Shown piece by piece: positions 38,088-50,876 of a DNA stretch of 64,000 nucleotides. The position numbers and the translations under genes were made by a program. The notes beneath the pieces are model-generated. The model did not search any database. It was not told the origin of the DNA and saw only the letters and a program-made list of their open reading frames with translations. The number at the start of each line of letters is the position of its first letter. The stretch's first letter is position 1. Source of the DNA: Selaginella moellendorffii (Eukaryota; Plantae; Lycopodiophyta); NCBI RefSeq assembly GCF_000143415.4, contig NW_003314305.1, forward strand, positions 495,709-559,708, in the 5' to 3' direction.

Positions 38088-39960
38088 CATCTACAATATT
38101 AGCGAATGGTGCTCCCGATGGTCGTTCAGAGGGTTTTGGTCGAGGAAACGTGAAGGGCGGAAATACTCTCCTCTGCAATGTGGGGTCAATCGCATCCGAT
38201 GGCGTGTGGGCACATGCCATTTTAGCTGTAGACTCTAGTACAACTGGCTCAACAATGGCATGGGGTGGTTCCGATGGCGTGTGATCACACGCCATTTCAG
38301 CTGGTGCCTCCGTTGGCAAAGTGGACATGACCGAACAGGCAGCAGGGGCGGTGTAGGGAGGTTCCAACGGCGCGTAGTCAGACGATTGGGCACACGTTGA
38401 GTCCGTTGGAAATGAGGATACGACCGGCTCGGCGGCTGGGGGGGTCTCATGCGGGTCCAATGGCGCCTGGTCACCGTTAGTTGGATACGTGGACAAGATT
38501 GACTCAGTGGTATGGGTAGCATCAAGTGGAGCGTGGTCAGCTTGCTTGGCGTTGATATGGATAGTAGCCTCCACCAGCTCTGATGACTCTTGCAGGCAAG
38601 TAGAGTCCACTGGCGGATCCATATGCATGTCCAAATATCTCCCTTCGATTGAGATGGTATCCTCCCTACTAGCTACTAAAAACAAACTCATTAGCACATT
38701 GAATCGACTATACTGTATTTACCATCAACTGCTATTGAGGAACTAGGACCGATATCACTTAGGCGCACTGCTGATTCTGAAGGATTGGACATACGTTTCG
38801 ACCCTTGCTTGGCACTATCCTTCCTCGACACTAAAGGCTAGAGTTTGTATCTTAATTCAACTGAATAATCTCTACTTACCATTTCTTCTGCGACCTACAT
38901 GGACAATGTTAGAAATGGTAAAAGGTTAGGAATGGATGTACTATTATTTACCTGATGGTTTGTCTTGTATGACCTTCCTCCGCTGCTCTTTGGCCACCTC
39001 AGGCTGGCCATCGTCGTCATCATCGTCATCGTCGTTATTGTGATCGTCACCATTGTGAGGACCATCCAAGTCCTCTTCGTCCTCCTCTTCTTCATCCTCC
39101 TCTTCTTTGTCCTCCTCTTCATCCTTCTCCTCTTCCTGCTCATTATCTTTCTCTGGCTCTTCATCCCCCTCCTGCATTTCTTCCATAGGCTGCTCAGGCT
39201 GGATGGCTTGTTCTTCTAGGACCATCTTGGGAAAATCATCTGGCCGAGTCTCCATCTCAAAATACAAGACATCCATAGCCTATTTTAGTGCTTGACCTAG
39301 GACCGTATCCTCACCCGACTGTCTTAACATGGTTTCTGCACGTTCTTGCACCCTTAGAAGAGGACGAGATGAGAAAAACGTGGCCCTGACTTGAAAAGCA
39401 TCCCTCATCCATTGTACCTCTCCATTGAGATTGGGGAAGGGGAGTCCGCCATAGGAATCTGAGTCAGAAGGTGGTGACTGGCTCCTTTCACTCAGCCCTT
39501 GATCTGCAATGAATGGCATGAGCACACACGCCATAACCGCGAGGCATTACCTATCATCTTTTCGTTGCCCTTCTTCCTTTTCGAATCAAATGCCTCTGAT
39601 CCCGACGACTGTCCAACGTGCTTTCGCTTTTTATGATCACTGTCAGTTTGAGCTTGGCTGGTGCTTGCCTGTTTTGCCTTTGAAGAAGTGTCTCCTGCAA
39701 GGAATGGCATGAGACCACACGCCATTGCAAATATAATTTGTACCTCCTTTTTTCCTATTGCTTGTCTGTTTGTCCTTCTTCGACGCGCCACCAGTGCGCT
39801 TTTCAGTCCTCGTGTCTGAATATTCACAACGATCTATAATCAAAATGGCGTGAGGCCTCACGTGACCTTACCTTGTGCAGGTTGTGAGCTCGGCCTAACA
39901 TCAGTAGCTGTTAACGCCGTTTCAGCATCTGGGGGTGGCCACGCTCCTGCATACAGAGCT
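38088..39960 (-). pseudogene. Low-complexity linker exons of cargo gene (Asp/Glu-rich tract, Pro/Ala/Thr repeats)
   Basis: EEEKDEEEDKEEEDEEEEDEED tract 38944-39276; short GT-AG introns. Confidence 0.55.
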
Positions 39961-39996
39961 TGTGAGATAACATTTAAACTTAAAGTGCGTACTCAC

Positions 39997-42530
39997 CAGG
40001 TTCGCAGAGAAGATACTGTTTTTCTTTGGCAACTGTAATTATATGCTCCATTGAAGTCACCTCTTCAATGGAGTTTGTCACCGCAACACACGGGACACCC
40101 TTGAGTAGTGCGGCTCGAAAGAATAGTCCGCCGCAGTTGTACTCGACAACGCATTTGCCCTTGGAGTCACCCGCTATTGCGTTGAAGACCCAGCTGAGCA
40201 TTTCCCATGCTGCACCTGGAGCTTTCTTTGGATTCGAAAGCTCCATAGCCGTCTTCAGTTCCTCAGGCACAGGTAAATTGACCTCCCTCAGATCAATTCG
40301 ATCGGCCTTGTCGAACGAAGCTGGGAAGTCACTCCAGTCCCACTCTGCTGCAGGACCAATAACAAGGGCGAGTGTGAAGATGCGGACATTCGTCGGTATC
40401 TTCTTCTTAGCCATTATCCCATGGATCTCCCGCATCTCCTTGCCTTTCAACCGAGCCTTCACCTCGTTCAAGGCCTTCCAGAACTTGTGATAAGATTCGG
40501 AGTCGTAGATCATATAGTGGACTGAAGATTCCACCTCCGCAAGTCCCACCATTAAGTCAATGATGGAGCTGACTTCGTCTGCATGAGTGATCTCTTCGTT
40601 TGTGAAGTCCATCACACAAAAGATGTTCTTGACCTGCTCATCTCCGCGGGAAACGATGCTCCTCCACCTTTGATCCTCATCCGAATTCACGTATACTTAG
40701 TAAGGTTCTCGATAGGCCTCTGCTGCGGGGTCGAGCTGTTTCTAAAGCCGGCGGTCGACATCCCTCTTAATGAAATTTGGATACTGATCCAACTTCTCAG
40801 CTTTACTTTTCGTGGCATCCCGCAGCAGATCGATGAACTTGGGGGCCCCCTTCACGTACTCGTCGATGTCTTCATTTGACAAGTCCAGCTCTTCCATCAT
40901 CTCTTGCGTGGTGTCGATGCTCACCCTCTCCACGGCCACTTGCTCGAAGATCCAATCCTTCAATAGTGCACGAGCTCTCAAAGTCGTGCACAAGTCCTCG
41001 TATGTCACAATATGGCCGGGAGTCATTTTGGTCTTGTTGAAGACTACCTCACCACGTAGAAGAGCATTAGCCACTGTCAGAAGGTCGTCGTTGTCTAGAG
41101 ACCATGAGAAACACAAGGCGTTGAACTTCAAATCATTGGGCTTCCGGCCGTCCTCCACACCCATTGAGTTTAGCAACTCCCCGTCATGGTACCTCCTCAG
41201 CACATCTACCCATTTGTCAAAAACAATTTTTGTTGCGAGTAGAATGTTATGGATGCTGAGTGTGTCATTGACCCCCAGTGTTTTCGAGAGAAGACTCGAG
41301 AATTCCTGCAATGGAAATGGCGTGAGGCCACATGCTATGCCACATGCAATGAGGCTTACCTGCCAGGCGCTAGTTGCTAGTGCACGTCCTTTTTGTGGCT
41401 TCTTCAGTTGAACCCAGAGCTTCCGTGTTCGTGCCAATGTCTCGTGCAGACCCGATTTGTAGCACGTTTCTTGCTTGACATTCTGCGCGTGGGAGATGTA
41501 TATGATAGATCAGAGGGGCGAGTTGCCTTTTATCAGGCGGACAACTCTTGTCTTGAAGACTTTCTTCACCTCCTCGCCCACCATAATATCCACAACTATC
41601 TGTTGCATCGCCAAGCTAGAATGCTGCCCGGAGACGGCATAGAACCGGATGTTCTGATCGTCCAACACCTTCCTATTGATCAAGTCTGGAAACCTCGTCT
41701 CGCCCTTCATTGTTCGGTAGTAGGGGATCACGTCTGCGATGTCGGGTGTTACTGGACTTGCCAGCATCTTCTGCTTCAGTTTCTCCACCCACTCATCAGA
41801 TACTAGCCTGTGGTTGTATTTGCTTTGGATGTCGATACGGCTCACGTCGATTGTATATACTTTATTGGAATAGTAACAAGTACTATTATCTGCGACGATT
41901 TTTGCTGCCTCTTCTTGCTCTTTCTGCTCTTTGCGGCTCTTCTTTTTGGTGGGTGTAGTGTTCGAACCCGAGGCAATGGCATCACCAAGTAGCTTCTTTT
42001 TTGGAGCAGCAGAGTCGGACGTCGGCTTGAGCTTGACCACCCTTTTCTGCTTCGGGGTAGTTTCCAGATCAACCCCCTTCCCCTTCGCTTCGCGAACTGG
42101 AGGCACTCTCAACGGCTCAATGTTGGAATATAGTTTTTGAACATTGCCGTAGGTGAGGTCCGTGGATTCCATGTGATCTTCATAGACCCGCAACGTCTTT
42201 GAAATTGTGGGCCTCCTGGACAACCTCTCCCTAGCTCCCTCTAGGAATTCCTCATAGCCGCTGCCCCCCTCCGGGAAGCCGCTAGGATGTGCAAGGTGGA
42301 TCTTGAAGGCGAACGCTGTCTCTACCACAAGTGCCAGTCCATATTCTTGCATGGAACTGCATGGAGTGTCTGTCACTTGGATGAGGATCCCCATGCATTC
42401 TTTTCTCCCACCATCTGTGTTGCACAGCATCAAATCCTCGCCTTCCATCCCGAAAGTCCAACTGGTGAGCTCCTCCCCCTTCTCTGCATCCACATTGACA
42501 GTGGCTGGAAGAAGAACACAATTCCTCGCC
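39997..42530 (-). pseudogene. ParB/Sulfiredoxin-like domain + helical region + N4/N6 DNA-methyltransferase-like domain in one reading frame
   Basis: ORFs 41510-42550, 40742-41437 and 39980-40690 are in one frame, split only by single stop codons; IDVSRI..NHRLVSDEWVEKLKQKM...FYAVSGQHSSLA (ParB-like); K..VVEYNCGGLFFRAALLKGVPCVAV (MTase motif-I-like). Confidence 0.55.
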
Positions 42531-44391
42531 TGTTCAGAAATGCACAACAATTAGAGCTGACAGATGAAAAGCTAGCAGATGGAAATAACGTGAGGCCATA
42601 CGCCATTCACCACTACATCAGATGTCTTGAGGCTGCATCCTAAGATGGCGTGAGGCTACACGCCATCTGTAACCGGACTGCACTCGAGAGCCCAATCGGT
42701 GCATGCCAATGTTGCTACTGAATGGCATGTGGCCTCATGCCATTTTCTACTTGGCCTAAAAGACTTACCATTTGAAGCCGAATGGAGGCCGTGACAATCG
42801 AGGCTGGACTCGCTGGCGAATATGCACTGTGTGTGCAGCGGATCGTAGCAGCAAGGCTACTCTGCCACTTACAGTTGGAGAGTGGCGCTGAAATCTCCCG
42901 GGACGCCAAGTGGGCTGCATGTGGGTGGCGGAGTGGGCGGCGGAGTTGGCGGCAAAGTTACAAACTGGGTGTATCTTGAAGTGGACGCCGATGCACACGA
43001 GCGCGATGCGAGCGCGAGTGTGATGCAAGTGCGAGTGGACGCCGATGCACACGAGAAACCTGTAGAGAAGTGAGCGTGATCGCGAGTGGGAGCGCGATGC
43101 CAGCGGGAGCGCGAGTGTGATGCCAGCGGGAGCGCGAGTGTGATGCAAGCGCAAGCGCGAGTGTGCGAGCACGAGTACGAAGCAAAATGCAAAACCTAAC
43201 CTCACACGCGCGAAATGTCACAACGGTTGGTAATCCCGCCACGTCATCATTCCTCGGACTTGGGCGCCACCATTAATTTCTGGATTGCCGCGCGCATGCA
43301 AGCACGCAAAATCCAAAAGAAATCTGCAACGTCATCATTCCTTGGACTGCATGCACGCGAAATCCAAAAGAAAGATCATGATTGGGATATCATTTAATAC
43401 CCTCGCTATATTTATACCATGCATGATTGGATATTCCAAAGCATCTTGTATTTCCAAAAATGGCAGATGTTCAGCTAAATAAAGAAATTCTATCTGTTTC
43501 TATTTTTCTCTCAAATCAATATTATAGCGTGTGGGCTCATGCAATTTTGAACTAAAGAAACCCAAAAAACGTTGGACCCAAAATATTTTGAAAAAACCCA
43601 AAAAACCCTAAACATTTTAAACCCAAAAATCCAGGCGTCCTATGGCGTTATTCTTTGAATAGCGTGTGAGCGCATGCCATTTTCAGGGCCAAATGCTGAA
43701 TGGAGAAAAATTCCCTTTCAGTGCAAATGCTGCAAGAAGCAGATGCCGAGCACAAAAGACTGTAACTACCTCACATGACACAGATAAACTTTTCTCTATT
43801 TGGCAAAGATAAAATTTATAGCGTGTGGGCTCATGCAATTTTGAACCCAAAAAATGCACCAAAAAATTCTCGGCGTCATCTGGCGTTATCTCTTGAATGG
43901 CGTGGGGCCGCATGCCATTTTCAGGGGCACATAGGAGTATATTCCTAGGATATTCTGACACGCGCGAGATTTTTTTGAGTTTTCTGGAGATCCAACCGTT
44001 AGATCGCAACTAGATTTTACAGAATGGTATACAATGTCTTTCTTGATGACTCTGCAAAGAAGCATCTCGATCGGACACCACATGAGACCACACGAGCCTT
44101 ACAATGTTTCAGGGGCATTTGCCATAGATCCGACCATTATTTTGCTCCAAGATTTTACAGTTTGGTGTGCATTGACCTTTCCATCGACACTGCAAAGGGA
44201 CATCACAATCAGATGCGGGATCACAAGAAACTAACTTCACTAACTCTGGTTTCACCAAGATCTACGTAAGGAGTTATGAAATGAAAGGACCCTCTCTATT
44301 GAAATGTGTTTATGGTCCTAGGGGCATTGTGACATATCAAAGGATTTTGCATCAAGTTGTGTATTTGCATGTTTATCAAGTTACTGAATTG

Positions 44392-44425
44392 CTAAACCCT
44401 AAACCCTAAACCCTAAACCCTAAAC
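44392..44425. repeat. Interstitial plant telomere repeat (CCCTAAA) x4+
   Basis: ctaaaccctaaaccctaaaccctaaaccctaaac. Confidence 0.9.
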
Positions 44426-45716
44426 ATGTGGCAAATGTTGCGTGAAGAAAGATGCCCTTTCTGGGCAAATGCTGTAAGAGGCAGATGCCGAGATGTATCT
44501 CAGGCTAGCGAAGGGGACAAACGAAAGCTAGCTATAAACATGACAGGATGCAAATAGATTACTAGGCTGGTCCTGCGAAAATCAAAAACCATAATTGAAA
44601 ACATTGAAAATACAAAAAGAAAGGTTTATAATATTTTTGAATTTTAAGCAACCAAAGGAATGTAAGTAGGGCATGTGTTTGTAAGTTTAAAAATGCCTCA
44701 ACCACTTAAATTCTCAAGTAAATAAAGCTATTTCTATTTTTGGTACAGGTAAACTTTATAGTGTGTGGGCTCATGCAATTTTGAACCCAAAAATGCACCA
44801 AAAAATGCTCGACTAGCATTATTCTTTGAATGGCATGTGGCCTTATATTGCCATAAATGGACGTACACACACAGCATAATTATTCCTTTACACGGCGAAT
44901 AATCTTGGCGCGGATCGCTAACATGGCATGGCAAAGTTCGAATCACTGACATGGCACAGCTGGATCGAGGCAAGGACATGATGTGACAAAGTTCAACCTC
45001 CGACAACAAAGTCTAGAAGCTACTCAGTTTGAAATTTGTCAGAGGAATCATAAGATCTGGTTTGTCAGAGGATTTGATGTGACGTTCAAGCATGTGTTAT
45101 TTTTGAATTCTCGAACTCATTCCTAGGTCTATCATTTTTGTGCGCCGTGTTCTTGGTTCCGCTGAGCACAGTGAGCGCTGCTTGTGTAAGCGGCGTTGTG
45201 GGCTGTGGTTTATGCGTCTATGAGCGGTTGCGGCATTGCGAGCGCCATTGCGAGCGGCAGTTTATGTGAGTGGCAGTTTGTGCAAGCGGCGCTACGAGCA
45301 GTTGCGGTGTTGCGAGTGGCACTACGAGTAGTTGCGGTGTTGCGAGCGGCACTGTCTTTGGTGTGGCTACCGCTTCCTCTTGATATTCGGCACTTGTGCT
45401 TCCTGGTATGTTCACCATGGAATGGCTTAGGACCACATTTAGAAATGGCATGAGGCCACATGCCATCTTGGGCCCTTGCAATTTCATGGCTAACGTATTG
45501 TCATGTATGTTTTTACTTGCCTGCAGCTGTGTGTATATCAAGATGGCATGAGGCCTCATGCCAATTTTGTGAATGCGAAATTTCACGTGGGTGTCAATAG
45601 CATGTTTGAATAATGGCATGTGGCCTCATGCGATTGAGGTTGTTTGGTATGTTATGATTTAGGCCATTCTCCAATCATTTTTTGTATGGTCTTAACTTCT
45701 TTTCTGCACTTTCAGA

Positions 45717-47785
45717 ATGGCTTTCAGGGTTGGGGAAAAGGTTTACATTTTGAATGGTGGGAAGAGAGTTGCAAAAGGGACCCTTGTGTCTATGGATCGG
45801 AACTTTGTTATACACTGTCAAAGGCTTGGGGAAGGCAATGCTGTTGTATCAGTAGAGACTGTCTTCGATGGGAATGTGGTCGCTATTGAACGAGGAGAGA
45901 TGGTCGTCGGGGTAAATGTTGTTGTTACCTTGAAAAATCTTCAGAAGAAAGCAGATGTTGGGGACAGCGCAAGTGCGACGCATGTTCCCTCCGTGGATCT
46001 TAAGAACCGTGCTACATGGATTCAGGCGAAGGTGTTTCCAAACAACCCCGAGGGGGAGGTGGTAGCTGAGGGCTTAGCCACAGTTGTCGATCCAAGAGAT
46101 GCGGTTGCTAATCAAGAATTGGGCTGGGATGATATTGGAGTTGCGATTTTAGAGGTTGTTAACACAGAAGAAAACAGTCTGACTATTGGAAGCATTGTGC
46201 GGTGGAAATTGAGGCACTTAGTGTTTGAGAATGTGAAAGATTCACAATCAAACACCACTACAACTGATGACAGAACATCTCTTCATGGGAAAAGAAAGTA
46301 CACCTTCCTAAAGCGCAGCCAAAGGGATCTGAGCAACAAACCGAAAAGGCAGAAAATGGCGATGGAGGTTCGAATGGTCTCGACAGTTGCTTGTTGCAAG
46401 AGGAGGTGCTGTCAATATGCTGATTGGGATGCTATTGAAAAGGAGAGAGCAAGATACAAGACATTATCCTGGAAGGCAGCTCGCAATTTTGTGTATGAGG
46501 CATTACGGTCATCTGTTGATGCTTCAGAACATCAAGTGGGGGGCATGGTCTTCCAGAGGGGTTTGGTCTGCATGAAGGCATGGAGAATCATTTATGGAGT
46601 CCCTCGAACCACATTCTACAGAATCAAAACTGAGTTCGAGGAACAAAGGGTACAACAGGCAGTCCATGGGAACGACGGTATGCACAAAACCAGGGGTCAT
46701 GTTGTATATGGAGAGGCAATCTTCAAGAGGTTTGTCGAGACATGTAGCGAGCAGCAACCACATAAAACCCGCCTCTTGGAAGATGGAACACGAGACACCC
46801 AACGAGTTCTCCCTTCCATGTATACCAAGGGGGCCATATTGGAAGATGTGAATCGGGAACTCCAGAGTAATGGCTACAGGAAGCTGAGCCAATCTAGATT
46901 TAGTAAATTGTGGAGCAACAGGTTCAGGGATGTGAGTATAGGAAAGTACTCCAGCTTTTCAAAGTGTGACGAGTGCACTGCTATCAAAATGGCTTTGTCG
47001 AAGAATTCTTGCAGCGCTCAAGAGCGAGAGACGTTGGTTAGAAGGCGGCTCGACCACAATATCGAGCAGAGAAGCTGCAAGACTGCATATTATCATAACA
47101 GGATTCTCTCCATGGAGAGACCTGACTCTTACCTCTGCATCATCCACGACAAAATGGACCAGAAAAAGATGTGCTTACCTCGACTCAATCCTGCCCCCAA
47201 GGCAATCTCTTCATCCATGCAGCTGCCTATGTCTCTGTTTGGCATAATCGCTCATGGGCATGGTGCCCAGAACTATGGGAACTTCTTTGTACCTCTATGG
47301 GGTGGCGGGGGTGCAAACATGATGATTGCGTCCCTAGCAAAACACTTAAGGTCTCTGCAAAGTGCGCAGACTGAGCTGAACGGCCAACCCTTGCATAAGG
47401 CCCTTGTCGATCGAACCCCATACAGGGTTCAGCTGGAGGAGGAGCAAAGGCTTGCAGTATCGCGTGGGGCCCCATGCCATCCCAGTGAATATGTTGGCCG
47501 TCAGATTGTAGGGTTATCACGTGAGGCCTCATGCCATTCCGACGAGGCTGGTCGCCCGGTGAATGCACAGCCTCATCCAAACGAAGCAGAATCTCAAGGA
47601 AGTTCTTGCGGCTGATGTGGCCTTCCACCCCATCTTCTGCTCCAAACAGACAATGCTGGCAGTGAGAACAAAAACATGTACGTCTTCGCGTACTTGGCGA
47701 TGCTTGTTGCCAAAGGCATATTTGAAACGGTTACACTTGGCTTTCTCATGGTTGGGCACACTCATGAAGACGTCGATGCTATTGC
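45717..47785 (+). pseudogene. DDE-type transposase (DUF7869/Sola-like) with N-terminal Tnp1/En-Spm-like beta repeats; TGA at 47613, truncated ~47785
   Basis: CCKRRCC, VCMKAWRIIYGV, HGN, FSKCDEC, IIHDKMDQ; read-through of the stop gives LQTDNAGSENKN...LV.KGIF.TV.LGFLMVGHTHEDVDA. Confidence 0.8.
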
Positions 47786-49154
47786 TGGTGACAAGATTGG
47801 GACAATCCATGGATCTGGATGCTTTGCGTGCTGCCATGGAAGAGATTATTGACGTATCACTGGACGCTGCAGTGTAAGTCTCGACAATTCTATTGAATTC
47901 ATGTGTTTCCTTTTGTATCCACAAAATTTCTTGTGCAGTTCTTACAAAAAGCCTGGAGCTGGAGGAAAGATCATGGTGCATGGAGTGTTAACGCTGGACC
48001 TTTACAAGATCACAAAACCCAATACTACAACGGCACCTCATGAAGTTTATGAAGTGATAATGCCTTATCAAAGTGGAACACCAAGGTTAGCTGGAGGCGA
48101 TGATGATCATCTAGAGAGCTTACTAGTTGACGCTGAAGTAAGTCTTATTCTTTCCACCATCTTTTCTGTCTTGTGTTAAATGTTTTTGCAGGACGCAGAT
48201 GACTCAACCGAGCATGGCTTCTGGGTCTTGGTTCGTGACCGACGAGTTCAAGGATTAAGCAATCTGGTTACGGTTTTGAGAGTGGAGCCTACATTGAAGT
48301 TTAGAATGTTTAGCATGCTAACTCTTTAACCAGATACTGCTACATCAAGCTGGAGCTTGTGTTTCCAAGAAGGATGGCAGTGCAAATATGAGAAATGTTG
48401 CTCCAATCTTTCTGCAAGCTTGGGGTAACAACTGGATATATGGCGTGTATTTTCTTTTTGGCATTGTCAAAGTGGGGAACAATCGAGTTATGAAAGTGTG
48501 GAGGTGAGTATAACGTTTCTTTTCGCTGATCAAAGTTGCAATTTTTGCAATGAAACGATGAAACAAGTGCCATCCTTGAGCATTTTGTCGAAGTTCTCAT
48601 CGCCGCTGCTATGACTTGTTGAAAGGACTCGAGTGCTACGTATCCAGACGGGGAGCACGTCCATGGGATGCTTTACGTGCCTCGAAAGGAGTTTACTCTG
48701 CCAAATGTGAGAGTTCCTGGATCTGGTTCTAGCGATCATACCAAGCTCTTCTTCCAGAGTTTGATCCGAATCGTTGCTGGAGATGGTGCTCTTGATTGGA
48801 CCGAGAAGGACGTTCGCGAGATTATTGATAGCACGAAAGATGATCTCAAAGCTGGATTTTTTTCCGAAAATAATTGGTAGAACTTGATGGATCTATAGTT
48901 TATATTACAACGTGAATAAAAAATAATCTCTCGATATAAATTCCAGAATCATGGAATTCAAAGCATTATAATAAGACAGAAAGGACAGTGGCATATTCTA
49001 TAGAATATTTTGGTAATTAAATATAAGTTCAGCGATTAGGATAAGGCCAAAGCATGTCGCGAGGAATCCCAGCCGTCCGTTGTCGACGAGCGCGCTTCCT
49101 TTGTATAAATAGCTGTTCTCTCGTGTGGAGAGAGCTCTAGGGTTTGTTCTTGCG

Positions 49155-50530
49155 ATGGCCGCAGCTCATCTGGATGTCGATCTCACGCCACGATCTCCCA
49201 ATGCGAGATTGTGCGCCAACGATGGCGGGATGTACGAGTTTTGGCTCAGCGCCCACTCCAAGATGTTGAAGGAAGCTCGGGTTGGGGCGTCGCGCTTCAG
49301 TCTCAATCCTAGGGGTTTGCTGATGCCGAAATACTCCGATTCTAATCAGATCTTTTATGTGCTCGAAGGTAAGCGATTGATTTTCTAGAATGTGAATTTT
49401 CTTCTCATGCATGCTAAAATTCCGGGATTTTCTCTCTCCGTCCAGGAAATGGTAAAGTAGGACTGACTTTTGCGGAGAGTCCCGGCGAATGCGTCAAGCT
49501 CGTGAAGAAAGGCGATGCTATCGCTGTTCCTCACGGCACTGTCAACTGGTGGTTTAACTCTGGCACTTCGAAGTTTAGTGTTTTGTGTCTCGGAGACACG
49601 AGCAAAAGCCTCAAAGCTGGAGAATTCACTGTAAGTTCTTCTTGGATTTTTCTTCTTTTTTTTTGTGTGTGTCTTGTTGTGAAACACTGATAAATCAATC
49701 CGCTTGTAGGATTTCTTCCTGGTCGGTCCTGGTAGCGCTGGACTTCTCAAAGGTTTTACTCCGGACTTCATCGCCCAAGCATGGGATGTCCCAGAAGAAA
49801 CGGTGAATACTTTGCTCCATAGCCAGAAGGAAGAGAGGATTGTTTTGCTCAAGGAAGGCATTTCTATGCCGGAGACAACCGATTTGAGCAACTCTCCCTA
49901 TGGAGAGTTTGCTTACAACTGCGAGGAGGCAAAGCTCGACGTGGATATAAAAAACGGAGGCAGAGTTTCCGTTGTTTCCAGCGATAGCTTGCCGATCTTC
50001 AAGCACGTCGGTCTTGGTGCTGATCTCGTCAAGCTTGATCCGGTAAGTTTTAGCTGATCACTTGGATCTTATAATCACATTTGTGAATTTCTTGCAGCAT
50101 GCGATGTGCTCGCCAGGATTTTCCTCCGACTCCGCGTACCAAGTCACTTACATTGTCGGTGGAAGCGGTCGAGTCCAAGTCGTGAACCAAAATGGCGAGA
50201 GAGTTATCGATCATATGCTGGAGCCCGGCTGCCTGTTTATCGTCCCACGATTCCACGTCGTCTCAAAGCGAGCAGGAGAAAATGGAATGGAATGGTTCTC
50301 GATCATCACCACCGAGAAGTAAGTTCTCTTCTTTTCCTTCAGAGGTTCTGATCGACCCAATTTTTTGCTGGAAAAACAGGCCAGTGTTCTCTCATCTCGC
50401 TGGAAGAACTGGCGTGATCAAGAGCTTGTCGCCCAAAACGATTTGCGCGGCTTTTAACGTGGAAGATGGAGTTGAGAAGGAGCTGCGTTCTCGCAGGACA
50501 AACGACGCCATCTTCTTCCCACCCAAATAA
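49155..50530 (+). CDS. Legumin/glutelin-like bicupin (11S globulin-like RmlC cupin), 5 exons, apparently intact
   Basis: DLTP..P..DGG.Y..W, PKYSDS, KKGDAIAVPHGTVNWWFN, LDVDIKNGGRV, HAMCSPGFSSDSAYQVTYIVGGSGRVQVV, IVPRFHVVSK, HLAGRT, DAIFFPP. Confidence 0.93.
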
Positions 50531-50876
50531 GATGAGCCCACCTAGTCAATGCAAGTCAATACAGAGTCAACTCTGTCAATGCGCAATAAAGCTCATTGAG
50601 AATTTTTATTCCAAATAAATTCTAGGGTTTATCCGCGCGCGAGGGCGCTGCTTCGCCCTGGCCGATCCGGTAAGCTGCCAGAATGACATTCTCGGCAATT
50701 TAGGACAGGAGATTTGATTCTGGACCTGATTTCTAGCATCGAGGATTGCCAAACTCTAGAACAAACGGGATGGAAAGAACGGGAGCAAACACTCTCTTCA
50801 CGATGTCTCGAATCAACGAAGGAAGAATTTTGAATGCTTTGATGCTGGAAGGTAGAGCCAAACGTTTTTTATCCTA

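Larger units (their letters stand above)
37121..47540. repeat. Dispersed 24-bp palindrome family, consensus AATGGCRTGWGGCCWCAYGCCATT (about 20 copies)
   Basis: Copies at ~37121, 38199, 38274, 39512, 39703, 39844, 41316, 42587, 42645, 42721, 43524, 43658, 43818, 43896, 44759, 44829, 45444, 45544, 45612, 47459, 47516. Confidence 0.88.
36739..47785. mobile_element. Large DNA-transposon-like element (DUF7869/Sola-like transposase plus divergent cargo gene); termini not identified
   Basis: Transposase motifs; shared 24-bp palindrome confined to this interval; both borders abut truncated neighbours. Confidence 0.68.

Noticed and set aside
47780-48880. C-terminal continuation of the transposase
   Set aside because: Matches 11870-13270 in the other duplication arm, where no transposase is present; belongs to a different gene remnant
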